Virus record (IMG/VR): IMGVR_UViG_3300001530_000094
Origin: a virus
Length of the DNA stretch: 64,000 nt
Strand: one strand, 5' to 3'
The notes beneath the pieces are model-generated. The model searched no databases. It had not been told where the DNA came from and worked only from the letters and a program-made list of their open reading frames with translations. Shown piece after piece: positions 28,787 to 38,722 of the stretch. The first letter of the stretch is position 1. Each line of letters begins with the position of its first letter. A program made the position numbers and the translations under genes.

Positions 28787-30156
28787 AGATTTTATCAGAA
28801 AGAGACCCTTTAGAAGTATTTTCAGAAGCTTCTAAAATATTAAACAATGCAGTAGAGCATACTTTAGGTCCGGATGGAACTAATACTGCAGTTCACTTTC
28901 AAAATTTTTACAACATAATAAACGATGGAAAATCTATAGTAGAGCAATTAACATCTTTAGACCCAGAAATAGCTCCTGCTATGGAAACTTTAAAGCAATC
29001 AGCTTTTGAAACTAATAGAAAAGCAGGAGATGGAACTACAAGTACTATAATTATAATGAACCAACTAATACAAGGAGCTAAAAAATACTTAGAAGAAAAT
29101 CCTAAGAAAAGTCAAGTACAAGTAGCTAAAAGAATTTTAGATGTAGAAAAAAGATTACAAGATTTAATTCTAAAGCAAAAAATAGAGATAGATAATAAAT
29201 TATATGAGAAAGTCGCTAAAGTGTCTCTAGGGTCATCCTCATATTCACAGATGCTATCAGAAGCTTTTACTTTTTTGAATGGAGAAGGAGTTCCAGCTTT
29301 AGTTAAATCAGACATACCCGGAGTAGAATTAGAAAAGATAGATGGAGTAAATCTAACTAAAACTAGTGTGGTAAGCTCAATGTTTATAGATTTATTACCT
29401 AGTAAAGAACTTAAAGATGTTCAAGTTATTACTTTATTTCAAGTAATAGATAGATTTGAAGAAATGTTTCAACTAGTAAAATTGTTAAATCAAAATAAAG
29501 AAAAATATACAGTCTTATTATATAATGAAATAAGTTCTTCAGCTTTAGAAAATTTATTGTTTAATCTTTCACAAGATAAAAGTAAGATAGTTCCTATATG
29601 TATGAAAGACTATGGAAAAGACATGAATAATATGTTAGATGAAATAGCTAAATATACTGAAACAGAGATTATAGATGGAGGAAGCTTAAAAACTACAGAT
29701 ATTTCTAAGATAAAAATAGGAAAAGTAGATAAGGCTATACTTTCTCAAAATTCTTTAGTTTTAATCAAAGATGAAGTTCCAGAGTTTGAGTATAAACTTA
29801 TTTCTAGAAAAGCTTGTTTGATTAGAGCAGGAGGAGCTACTAAAATAGACATGGAAGACACTTATAGAAGACTAGAAGATGCTATTTATTCTCTTGCAGG
29901 AGCTATTAAAAACGGAGCATTTTTTGGTGGCTATGGTGTACCTTATAGAAGCTTAGCAGATGATGTAGATGATGTAGATGTTCCTAAGTTTATAGTAGAC
30001 TCTCTAAAGTACATAAATCTTAGTATTTTTGATGAAAATGCAGACTCAGATGCAGTAGACTCTGCTTTAGTAATTTCAGAGGTAATTCGTAATTCTTTCT
30101 TTACTGCAGCACAAGTAATTACTACAAATGCACTAATCTATGACAATATAAGATAA
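28783..30156 (+). CDS. Phage-encoded GroEL-like chaperonin, short and divergent
   Basis: LGPDGTNTAV, NRKAGDGTTSTIIIMNQLI (GDGTT), LIRAGGATKIDMEDTYRRLEDAIYSLAGAIKNGAFFGG. Confidence 0.88.
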   Translation: MKILSERDPLEVFSEASKILNNAVEHTLGPDGTNTAVHFQNFYNIINDGKSIVEQLTSLDPEIAPAMETLKQSAFETNRKAGDGTTSTIIIMNQLIQGAKKYLEENPKKSQVQVAKRILDVEKRLQDLILKQKIEIDNKLYEKVAKVSLGSSSYSQMLSEAFTFLNGEGVPALVKSDIPGVELEKIDGVNLTKTSVVSSMFIDLLPSKELKDVQVITLFQVIDRFEEMFQLVKLLNQNKEKYTVLLYNEISSSALENLLFNLSQDKSKIVPICMKDYGKDMNNMLDEIAKYTETEIIDGGSLKTTDISKIKIGKVDKAILSQNSLVLIKDEVPEFEYKLISRKACLIRAGGATKIDMEDTYRRLEDAIYSLAGAIKNGAFFGGYGVPYRSLADDVDDVDVPKFIVDSLKYINLSIFDENADSDAVDSALVISEVIRNSFFTAAQVITTNALIYDNIR

Positions 30157-30175
30157 AAATATAAAAGTTAACTGA

Positions 30176-30202
30176 GACTAACCTTAAAAGGTTAGTCTTT
30201 TT
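30176..30202 (+). terminator. Intrinsic terminator
   Basis: GACTAACCTT-AA-AAGGTTAGTC-TTTTTT. Confidence 0.92.
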
Positions 30203-30318
30203 TCATGTCTCTAATCCTAGTTTAAATAATTAGTTTACACTTTTATCTCAAAAAAATTTTTCATTTAGAGTCTTTTAACTTTGAATTAGTTTTTGAAAAG
30301 ATTATGGAAAATTGACTA

Positions 30319-30347
30319 TTTACAAATTCAAAATTTTGTGATATTAA
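30319..30347 (+). promoter_or_regulatory. Sigma-70-like promoter
   Basis: TTTACA-17 (TGTGA)-TATTAA, same family as four others. Confidence 0.6.
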
Positions 30348-30472
30348 TAGGTTAGAAAGGAGGAAAGAGAGTATAAAATCTATATGAAACGGACTGGAGA
30401 GAAAGCTAACTTAAAGTAAATTTAACTCTCATACTTGAAGCAGCTTTAAAGAGAAATTTTGGAGGGATTATT

Positions 30473-31360
30473 ATGAAAAAGAAGGTTATTAATACCGCTT
30501 ATGACAAGTGGTTAAAAAATTTAGTTGGAGAAAGAGAGTTATTTGAAGAACTAACAGATGAAGAAGTTTATAAGATAATTTTAAAAGTATCAGAAATTAG
30601 TTTTATTCGTAATTCAGTTATAGATAATTTTTATACCTATGAAGATATAGCTAATGAAATTTTTAAAAGCTATTTAATCAGAGATTGGGAGAAAGATTTG
30701 AAAAACTTCTCTGATGTTAAAACTGAAGAATTTCCATTTTATGATGAAAAAACAGGTAAATATTTTAGTTCTTGGAGACCTAGAACAGAGAAAAAAGGTT
30801 TTGAAAGAATGAAAGCTAGAAAGATGACTATAGAGCACTTTAGTAATCTTATCTACAATGAAGTAAAGAATTATGTTGCTGGTTATATGAGAAATAAGAA
30901 GTTTAAAGAGATGGTGAGAGAAGCAATTTCTTTAGATTTAGACTCAGGGAGTGTTGATGAAGGTATTGCATTCATAGAAACAGTAGAAGATTCAAGACAA
31001 ACTTTTAATAGCAATAATGTTATAAGTGAAAATACTTTAGAGAATACTTCTAAAAACTTAGAAGATATAAACTTAGAGTATAATTATAGTATAGAAATAG
31101 ATAGAGAAGTTAAAGTACTATCTTATGGAAATTTGTTAGAGTTGTATAAATATTTAGACTCTGGAAAAAGAGTAACATCAAAAGAAGTTTTAGAACATAT
31201 TATATATAAAGGAAGCAAAGTTATTTCTGCAGAAAATAAAAGATTTGTAGAAGAATTTATTGCTAACTTTAGAAAATATCTATTAGAAAACAAGATAGTT
31301 TCAGTTACAAAATACATAAATAATAGAGGAAAGGAGAAAAATAGTTATGCTTTTGAATAA
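30473..31360 (+). CDS. Hypothetical protein, possibly sigma-like
   Basis: TYEDIANEIFKSYL ... HFSNLIYNEVKNYVAGYMRNKKF; weak resemblance only. Confidence 0.35.
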   Translation: MKKKVINTAYDKWLKNLVGERELFEELTDEEVYKIILKVSEISFIRNSVIDNFYTYEDIANEIFKSYLIRDWEKDLKNFSDVKTEEFPFYDEKTGKYFSSWRPRTEKKGFERMKARKMTIEHFSNLIYNEVKNYVAGYMRNKKFKEMVREAISLDLDSGSVDEGIAFIETVEDSRQTFNSNNVISENTLENTSKNLEDINLEYNYSIEIDREVKVLSYGNLLELYKYLDSGKRVTSKEVLEHIIYKGSKVISAENKRFVEEFIANFRKYLLENKIVSVTKYINNRGKEKNSYAFE

Positions 31361-31664
31361 TTATATTAAGGTAAAAGAATTAACAGATAATATGATGGTT
31401 GATGATATGTTAGAGAAGTATGATGATACTTCTCCATACATGTTTTGTAGAATTTTAGACATAGATGCTAAAGCTTTAGAAAAATTGTCTAATGAAACAG
31501 ATATACATGGTAACAAACTTGAAATTCATAAACTTTTCAATGAATCTGTCTTAGTAGTTAAAAGAGTTACTAAGATTAGAGGATTTAAGGGATTATACAT
31601 TCAAGTGTCAGACATTATAGAAATAATTCCTAAAGATGAATATCAAAAATATGTTTACAAATAA
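31347..31664 (+). CDS. Hypothetical protein
   Basis: ORF. Confidence 0.5.
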   Translation: MLLNNYIKVKELTDNMMVDDMLEKYDDTSPYMFCRILDIDAKALEKLSNETDIHGNKLEIHKLFNESVLVVKRVTKIRGFKGLYIQVSDIIEIIPKDEYQKYVYK

Positions 31665-31697
31665 AGCATAATATATTATATAAGGAGGTGAGAAGAG

Positions 31698-32315
31698 ATG
31701 GGAGAAGTTGTAGATTTTCAAAAGGCTAAAGAAGAAATAACAGAAAATAAAACTAATGAGAATGTAAATACTCTAAAACAACAAATAGCAGATAACATGA
31801 TGCTTCAAAAGTGTATAAAAGTAATTTCTAATATTCCACTTTATGATGTAGACCCTGAAACTAATGAAGTAGTAGATAAAGATTATGATTATCCTGCATT
31901 GTTAGAAGAGTATAAGGCAAATGTTTTAGCTAATAAAGAAAAGTTTGAATCTTTGGGTAAACCGTCAGAAGCACAGACTAGTTTTTATTATCAACTATTT
32001 CAGATGGGATATAGAACTTTTGGAGCTAAATTCTTTAAACAGATGTGTATGAATGAAGTAAACTGTGTTCAAATGTTTATTGGTATATGGAGTATTATAG
32101 CTGGATTAGAGGAGATGTCTAACGCAACTGTAGATATGGATAATGAGCTTAGAGCTTATAAATCTATTAAATTGACTGATGAGCAAAAAGAAAAATTAGC
32201 TGAAGAATTAAAGAAAACACCTGAAGAATATATGCAAGAAATGATGCAAACTGTAGAAGAACTAGAAAAAAGTCCAGAAGCAGAACAAGCTTCTGAAGAT
32301 AAAGTAGAAGAATAA
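31698..32315 (+). CDS. Hypothetical protein
   Basis: ORF, RBS. Confidence 0.6.
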   Translation: MGEVVDFQKAKEEITENKTNENVNTLKQQIADNMMLQKCIKVISNIPLYDVDPETNEVVDKDYDYPALLEEYKANVLANKEKFESLGKPSEAQTSFYYQLFQMGYRTFGAKFFKQMCMNEVNCVQMFIGIWSIIAGLEEMSNATVDMDNELRAYKSIKLTDEQKEKLAEELKKTPEEYMQEMMQTVEELEKSPEAEQASEDKVEE

Positions 32316-32384
32316 ACATATTATTTATTAAGAAAGCCGATAGCATAGCGATAGGCAAATTTAAAATTTTAGGAGGAATTTAAA

Positions 32385-33488
32385 ATGGGAGAAAATGATT
32401 TAGATTTAGAACAACAATTAGCAACATTAGGAGTAAGCTTAGGAGGAATTACTTCATCTAAAGATGAAATACCTGTACCTAAAACTACAGTAGCTACTCC
32501 ATACACACCAGAAAATCCAACAAATGCAGGAGTAGTAACTAATAGTATAGTACAACCTGCACAAACAGTGCAACAAACAGTTCAACAACAAGTAAATGAA
32601 CAAGCACAGGCTCAAGTAGTTCAACAAACTACGACAAATCCTCAAGCAGGAGTATCATATACTACAGTTCAACAAACAGTTAGTAAGCCAGTAGCAAAGC
32701 CTCAACTTCAGCCTCAACAAGATGAAGAATTAGTATTTATAGATTTAGCTCATGCAGTAAATACTCAAAAAACACCTTGGCTAAGATTAAAAGATAATGA
32801 ATACTCAAGAGTTTTATTTTTAGGACTAGATAAAATACTACCTCAAAAAATGCACTATATTAAAGGTCTAGGCTGGTGTAAATGTCTTTCTACTTATAAT
32901 GAAGATGGTTGGTTAGAAACACCTGCTCAATGTTGTAAGAAACTAGTAAATACACCTACTGGTCCAATGTTGTTCCCTAGATTAGATGAAGAAGGAAACG
33001 AATTAAAGGCTAAAAGTAGATTTTTAATACCAGTTATAGAATACCCAGTAGATAAATCTAATGCTAATAAAATAGTTCCCGGACAATTACCTAAGTTGAA
33101 AATGTGGAATATGAATGCTGTAGAATGGGGAGAATTAAGAGAAGGTGTTCAAGCAATTTCTGAAAATCCTGATGATTTATCTACTGCAGATTTATCAAAT
33201 GTAGATTTTATATTACATAAAGATACTACAGGTAGATTTAAAACTATTAGTGTAAAAGTAACACCTAAGTGTTTAAGAGAAAATTATAAAGATGCTATAA
33301 ATGCAGAAATAGCAAAAGCTGATAGAGATTTTTATATAACAGCTGTAAAGGAAGCAAGAAAAGTAGTTTCAGAGGAAACTATGGCTCAAACTTTAGATTC
33401 TTTAGAGGCTGCTACAGAAGCAGTGAATAATGCAGTAAATCAAGTTATAGAGAATAACACAATGGGAAATCAAATGTTAGATATTTAA
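32385..33488 (+). CDS. Hypothetical protein, possibly gp32-like ssDNA-binding
   Basis: GWCKCLSTYNEDGWLETPAQCCKK Cys cluster followed by KSRFLIPVIEY...PGQLPKLKMWNM; weak. Confidence 0.35.
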   Translation: MGENDLDLEQQLATLGVSLGGITSSKDEIPVPKTTVATPYTPENPTNAGVVTNSIVQPAQTVQQTVQQQVNEQAQAQVVQQTTTNPQAGVSYTTVQQTVSKPVAKPQLQPQQDEELVFIDLAHAVNTQKTPWLRLKDNEYSRVLFLGLDKILPQKMHYIKGLGWCKCLSTYNEDGWLETPAQCCKKLVNTPTGPMLFPRLDEEGNELKAKSRFLIPVIEYPVDKSNANKIVPGQLPKLKMWNMNAVEWGELREGVQAISENPDDLSTADLSNVDFILHKDTTGRFKTISVKVTPKCLRENYKDAINAEIAKADRDFYITAVKEARKVVSEETMAQTLDSLEAATEAVNNAVNQVIENNTMGNQMLDI

Positions 33489-33541
33489 GAGAGGAACTTC
33501 TTCCTCTCTAATTTTATAAAAAGGGGAGGTAAATAAAATAG

Positions 33542-34081
33542 ATGGATGTAAAAGTACTTTTATGGATAACAGTTGTAATATTATTAATTGCAATTTTTAT
33601 TTCAGAGAAATTACAGAGAGCTCAAAAGAAGAGACTTGATGCACTTAATAAATTAGTAAGAGATAAAGAGCTAGAAATAGAAAGAAATAAAGCTGATATC
33701 TGGAAAAGAAATCAAGAGATACAAAGTTTGAAGAATAAAGTTGCAGATATTAAGAAAAATGAGAATTTTGCACTTGATATGTTTTCTTCAGATAAAGAAG
33801 ACTTAGAAAAAATTCTAAGAACAATAGAAAGAGATTATTCTATAACTATAGCTTCTAAAAAGTACTTAATAAAATTACTAGCATTCTTTCTAATAACTAA
33901 TCATTCTATGTTATCTATTGAAGATTTAAAAACTAATAAAAAGACTTTAATAGATAATACTAAAACTCTTAGAAAATATATAATATATGGAAATACAGCC
34001 AGCAGTAATAAAGAAAGATTAGAAATAGGTAATGCACTTCTATCTCTAATACTTTATAATAAGAGGAGTAAGACTAAATGA
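33542..34081 (+). CDS. Hypothetical membrane/coiled-coil protein
   Basis: N-terminal TM then coiled coil. Confidence 0.6.
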   Translation: MDVKVLLWITVVILLIAIFISEKLQRAQKKRLDALNKLVRDKELEIERNKADIWKRNQEIQSLKNKVADIKKNENFALDMFSSDKEDLEKILRTIERDYSITIASKKYLIKLLAFFLITNHSMLSIEDLKTNKKTLIDNTKTLRKYIIYGNTASSNKERLEIGNALLSLILYNKRSKTK

Positions 34082-34435
34082 CAAATCAAGACATAGTAGA
34101 AATGTATTACTTAGCTTTATCTAGTAGGCAATGCTTAGATAAAAGATATAATCATAGCTTAGATAATTATGTAAATGATAGATGTATGAAATTTTGTAAA
34201 AAGCATAAAATAAACATTACTCATCGGAAGTGCATATAGAGAGCTTTGGCATAAATTCAATTATTATAAGATTAAAAATATAAGAGCTATAATAGAAAAT
34301 GGTGTAGATTTATATGGGCTAAGAGCAAATAAATGCATATCAGATAAAGAAATAGTAGATAGACTTATAAAAATTAAATCTCAAGAAAAATTATACATAA
34401 TGAATGGAAAGATAGGTAATTTTAATAAAAAGTAA
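34078..34435 (+). CDS. Hypothetical protein requiring a +1 shift at CGGA 34225-34228
   Basis: RBS gaggag; MTNQDIVEMYYLALSSRQCLDKRYNHSLDNYVNDRCMKFCKKHKINITH-[G]-SAYRELWHKFNYYKIKNIRAIIENGVDLYGLRANKCISDKEIVDRLIKIKSQEKLYIMNGKIGNFNKK*. Absent from the ORF track because it is split. Confidence 0.82.
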
Positions 34436-34500
34436 ACATCAGAATTAATTCTAAGACATTTTTATAATTAACCAATATAATTTAATATACTAGCGCTAGT
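34436..34500 (+). repeat. Dispersed intergenic element copy B, divergent
   Basis: ACATCAGAATTAATTCTAAGACATTTTTATA...CTAGCGCTAGT. Confidence 0.6.
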
Positions 34501-34528
34501 GTAGGTTCTAATTTTACCTACACTTTTT
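34498..34528 (+). terminator. Intrinsic terminator
   Basis: AGTGTAGGT-tctaatttt-ACCTACACT-TTTT. Confidence 0.88.
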
Positions 34529-34582
34529 AAATGATTATAATATATTATATTAAGAGAACTAAAAGAAAGGAGATACAGAGAT

Positions 34583-35644
34583 ATGTCATTACCTACAATT
34601 ACTTTTATGTATATAACAGCTGGGCAAGGGAACACTGGTACTTCTGGACAACAATTAGCAGATTATTGGACAGCTAACTTTGATTTAATAAAGAGGCTGT
34701 TAGTTTCTTTAGATGAAGATTTACAACATAAAGTATCTTCAGATGATATTATTTCATTGAAAGTAGAAGATAATGTTGCTTACTATACAACTGATGGTAC
34801 TAATTGGATTTCTTTAGGACCTTCTTTTGCTAACTTATCTGGAGCTGTAGAAGATAATGCAGCTTTAAATGAGAAGTTTTCAAAATATGTAACTATTGCA
34901 AATTATAATAATGCAGTTACTAGAATTTCTACTTTAGAGTCAAATGTTTCTATTATTACAACTACTTTAGAAGACTTGGAAGATACTGTAAATACTCTAA
35001 ATACTCAAATGAATGATAGTACTAATGGTGTATTGGTAAGATTAACTAACATGGAAAATAGTTTAGAGCATAAAATTTCTAGTACATCTGTAGCAGAAAT
35101 TAGACAGACCTCAAATACATACATAGTAGATGGACAAGAAGTTACTGAGTATTTCTTACAATATAGATTAAATGGTTCTTCTGAATGGGTAGATATAACT
35201 GGAGCTAATACAATAGAATGGTCTAACATTATCGGAGACATCACAGAAAATGCAGCTTTAATGAATCAATTTGACATGGTTAATGATGCTATAAGTGATA
35301 ACACTGATTCTATAAATGAAGTAAGTGGAAATTTAGCTATAGCTCAAGCAGATATAGAAGCATTACAAGCAGCTCTGAACAATTATGCAACTGTATCAGC
35401 ATTAAATTCTGCTATATCAGCTATACAGAATCAGATAGATGATATTGCTGGAGATGTTACTACTTTACAAACCAGTTTGGGTGAGTTACAAACTACAGTT
35501 TCAAATATGAATACTTCTTTTACTGATAGAATGGATGTAATAGAGAGTGAGATAAATGTAGTTTCTATTGAAGCGCAAGACTATGAAGCTATAACAACAC
35601 CAGAGACCAATACTATTTATATGGTTACTGATGTATATCAATAA
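34583..35644 (+). CDS. Tail fibre-like coiled-coil protein
   Basis: Repeated ITTLEDLEDTVNTLNTQ / IQNQIDDIAGDVTTLQTSLGELQTTV heptads. Confidence 0.7.
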   Translation: MSLPTITFMYITAGQGNTGTSGQQLADYWTANFDLIKRLLVSLDEDLQHKVSSDDIISLKVEDNVAYYTTDGTNWISLGPSFANLSGAVEDNAALNEKFSKYVTIANYNNAVTRISTLESNVSIITTTLEDLEDTVNTLNTQMNDSTNGVLVRLTNMENSLEHKISSTSVAEIRQTSNTYIVDGQEVTEYFLQYRLNGSSEWVDITGANTIEWSNIIGDITENAALMNQFDMVNDAISDNTDSINEVSGNLAIAQADIEALQAALNNYATVSALNSAISAIQNQIDDIAGDVTTLQTSLGELQTTVSNMNTSFTDRMDVIESEINVVSIEAQDYEAITTPETNTIYMVTDVYQ

Positions 35645-35672
35645 TTAGAATAAATTTTGGAGGTAAAGTTAA

Positions 35673-35846
35673 ATGATAAATCAAATAGGAAGATTTAAAG
35701 CAGACTCTAGTGGAGTCATTCACATTACTAATAAAGAAGATGAAATAGAAATAATGAGTGAAATAGATAACATGTCTACCAAGATGTGGAAAGACTTACC
35801 TTTAGTAAATTTAGAATATAAAACTGATAAGAAAGGAGATAGATAG
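35673..35846 (+). CDS. Small hypothetical protein
   Basis: MINQIGRFKADSSGVIHITNKEDEIEIMSEIDNMSTKMWKDLPLVNLEYKTDKKGDR*, RBS ggagg. Confidence 0.55.
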   Translation: MINQIGRFKADSSGVIHITNKEDEIEIMSEIDNMSTKMWKDLPLVNLEYKTDKKGDR

Positions 35847-35848
35847 AC

Positions 35849-36412
35849 ATGGCTTTAGGAAAAGTTACATTAGCAGCTAGACAAAGACAAATGCTTGAAT
35901 TTATGGATAACTCTAAAAACTATAGGTTTATAGGATTAGGTAAAAGAACACCTTGGCCAGTAGAGGAAGAACCACCAGAGCCAGATGAAACTATGACAGA
36001 CTTAGAAGAAATAATAGGACTTCAAAGAGTAGATTATTATAAATATGCTAAACTGATAAAGAATCCGACTACTTTACAAAAAAGAACTGGTGTTTATTAT
36101 AAAGGTCTTTATTATTCTGTAACTCAAGACTCAGAAGTAGCCATAAATGACGGATATACAGATGTAATAATAGGAATAACATTTGATAGAGATACTATAG
36201 CAGCTATTCCTATAGATGTATCTTTTAGACAAGTAGGTCTTTTTGATACTGTAAATGCTACTTCTAGTGAGATTCAATATGGTATTTCAGCAGATGCTTG
36301 GAACAATAAATCTACGGCAGATAAAGGAATGTTAGTAGCTGTAGAAAATAGAGCTCCAGTTACAAGACAAGATGACCAGACAGAGCAAGTAATAATGCTT
36401 GTATCGTTTTAA
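35849..36412 (+). CDS. Phage structural protein (baseplate/fibre-associated)
   Basis: LYYSVTQDSEVAINDGYTDVIIGITFDRDTIAAIPIDVSFRQVGLFDTV. Confidence 0.6.
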   Translation: MALGKVTLAARQRQMLEFMDNSKNYRFIGLGKRTPWPVEEEPPEPDETMTDLEEIIGLQRVDYYKYAKLIKNPTTLQKRTGVYYKGLYYSVTQDSEVAINDGYTDVIIGITFDRDTIAAIPIDVSFRQVGLFDTVNATSSEIQYGISADAWNNKSTADKGMLVAVENRAPVTRQDDQTEQVIMLVSF

Positions 36413-36439
36413 ATAAAGTAGAAAAGAAAGGAGAAAAAC

Positions 36440-38710
36440 ATGCAAACTTGGGAAAAACTTTTAATTAATACAACTACTCGTGAATTAATAGAGAAGTTTA
36501 ACATTAATGCTACTAGCTCAGAGTTTATAGATAAAACTCTAGGTAGTGTAATGAGTAACGGTTTATTATTCACAGGAACAGAAACTATTGATGAAGAAAT
36601 CATCAATCCATTTACACCAGTTCCTATCAGTGGAGTAGTTAATTCAAATACTATTTTCGATAATTTTAGAATGTATTTTAGAGAGACAAATAATGTAGTA
36701 GAAACTAATCAACTTCCAGTTGATTTAACTAATTTTAATGATGCTAAGCCTCACTTTTTATATTTTAAAGAAGATTTTACATACAGAGTTTCTGATTATA
36801 TGTTTGGTCAATCTGATGAAGTTCTAATTTGTAGATTTGTAATAAATGAAGATAGTACTTGGAATCAAATTTATATTATGGCTCAAAGAGCAGGAACTCC
36901 AGCTTATGATGCAGGAGATGAATTTTATTCTATAGATGGAATAAATGTAAAGAGTCCTGGAGGATTGAAGTTATCTCACTTAGATGGAATAGTAAGACGT
37001 TCTGGAATAGAATTTACAGATAGATTTTCACCAGATTTATATAGATGCTTTGCAAATTCTAACACAGCTGTTCCTATAAGATATACTAATTTACAGAATG
37101 AAGTAGACTATACAGCAGACCCAGTACAGAATGTTGACCCTAATCACTATATGACTTATGATTCTAATTCTAAGCTTAAAAATAATGCTTCAGAAAGAAT
37201 TAGAAATTTATACAATTTAATTTATGGAGTAGATGAGTATGCAGAAGTACTAGCTAAAGCTTTATCAGATGATATTACATCTGCAGCTGGACAGTCCGAG
37301 TATAGAAAAATAGTAGATATATTTGTTGCTCACATGAATAGTATCTATGTAATGGTTGGAGAATTAGCAGATTATTTATCAGACTCATATTTTAGTACTA
37401 TAGATTTAACAAACCTAAATAATAACATAACAGCATACATGACATTTTCTAATGATAATTTCGGAGATACAGTTCCTATAACATTTGATACTGTAGACGC
37501 TATTAGAAATGCAGTTTATTATTTATTACCTGGAAAGAGTGAAATCTGTGATATTCCTATGGAAGATGTTTTAGGAGTCTTATATACAGCAATAAATGAA
37601 CTATCTATAACTTCTGGGACTTTGAAAAACGTAACTACAGATTACTATACTCTTCAAAGAGTTTTATGGGATATATATGAAGATAAATTAATAGTACAAT
37701 ATGGAGATAGAGAATTTGAAGACTTAGAAAGTGCTTCAGATGCAATCTCTTCTATGACTTATCCAGTTCCTTTTGGAAGATTGATGTATATTCCTTTAGC
37801 AGTAATAGTGTTAAAACAGGGAGAAACAGACTTAGCTACTAGTACAGAGTCTATTATAATAACTAAACAATACATATATGCAGATTCTGAACAAGAAGGT
37901 TTTGCAGATTATGTTGCAAGAGCTTTAGCCAATAAAGGACTTGCATATATACAACAGATTTTAGATGGTTCTTTACCAGTAGGAAAAGCTAAAACATTAG
38001 CCTATAATAACAATGGTGTAGACACTTATGTAAGTGGTGATTTTTATCTAAATTATGATAATTTAAGAAATGCAGTAAAAGTAATAAACAATCTAACTTC
38101 TAGTACTTATAATAGTAAAGAAGCTTTATCTGCATATCAAGGATATTTATTAAATCAAAATAAGTTAAATAGAGACGGAAGTAACAGTATAACTGGAAAT
38201 TTATTACCAGATACTACTAATACTAAGGACTTAGGAAGTACAGATAAAAGATTTAGAAATATCTATACTAACCAACTTAATACTTCTGGAAATATAACTT
38301 CTGGAGGAAATATTTTACCTAGTGCAAATGAGTCTAAAGATTTAGGAAGTAGTTCAGCTAAGTGGAATAATTTATATGTTAAAGCTATTTCTGGAGTAAC
38401 TTCTATTTCTACAGCTTCTATTACTACTTCTGGTAATGCTTCTATAGGTGGAAATTTAGGTGTTACTGGTTCAACTACTTTGAAAGGTACTACAGTTCAA
38501 GGAAATTTAAGAGTTGCTGGAACCGCAACTATAAATGGACTTACTCTTGCTCTTAAGCCTACTTTCGATAGTGCAGATAAAGGTGGATTTGTATTATCTA
38601 GAGGTGAAAGTGGTGGAGGAATAACTGTAGAGTTTTTAGAAGCTGCTTCTGGCAAAAACTCTGGTAATTTAGGATATTTTGCTAACAAATCTGTAGTAGT
38701 AAGTTGGTAG
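36440..38710 (+). CDS. Large fibre/structural protein with repetitive C-terminal shaft
   Basis: NTKDLGSTDKRFRNIYTNQLNTSGNI / SANESKDLGSSSAKWNNLYVKAISG repeats. Confidence 0.75.
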   Translation: MQTWEKLLINTTTRELIEKFNINATSSEFIDKTLGSVMSNGLLFTGTETIDEEIINPFTPVPISGVVNSNTIFDNFRMYFRETNNVVETNQLPVDLTNFNDAKPHFLYFKEDFTYRVSDYMFGQSDEVLICRFVINEDSTWNQIYIMAQRAGTPAYDAGDEFYSIDGINVKSPGGLKLSHLDGIVRRSGIEFTDRFSPDLYRCFANSNTAVPIRYTNLQNEVDYTADPVQNVDPNHYMTYDSNSKLKNNASERIRNLYNLIYGVDEYAEVLAKALSDDITSAAGQSEYRKIVDIFVAHMNSIYVMVGELADYLSDSYFSTIDLTNLNNNITAYMTFSNDNFGDTVPITFDTVDAIRNAVYYLLPGKSEICDIPMEDVLGVLYTAINELSITSGTLKNVTTDYYTLQRVLWDIYEDKLIVQYGDREFEDLESASDAISSMTYPVPFGRLMYIPLAVIVLKQGETDLATSTESIIITKQYIYADSEQEGFADYVARALANKGLAYIQQILDGSLPVGKAKTLAYNNNGVDTYVSGDFYLNYDNLRNAVKVINNLTSSTYNSKEALSAYQGYLLNQNKLNRDGSNSITGNLLPDTTNTKDLGSTDKRFRNIYTNQLNTSGNITSGGNILPSANESKDLGSSSAKWNNLYVKAISGVTSISTASITTSGNASIGGNLGVTGSTTLKGTTVQGNLRVAGTATINGLTLALKPTFDSADKGGFVLSRGESGGGITVEFLEAASGKNSGNLGYFANKSVVVSW

Positions 38711-38722
38711 GAGGTGTAGAGT

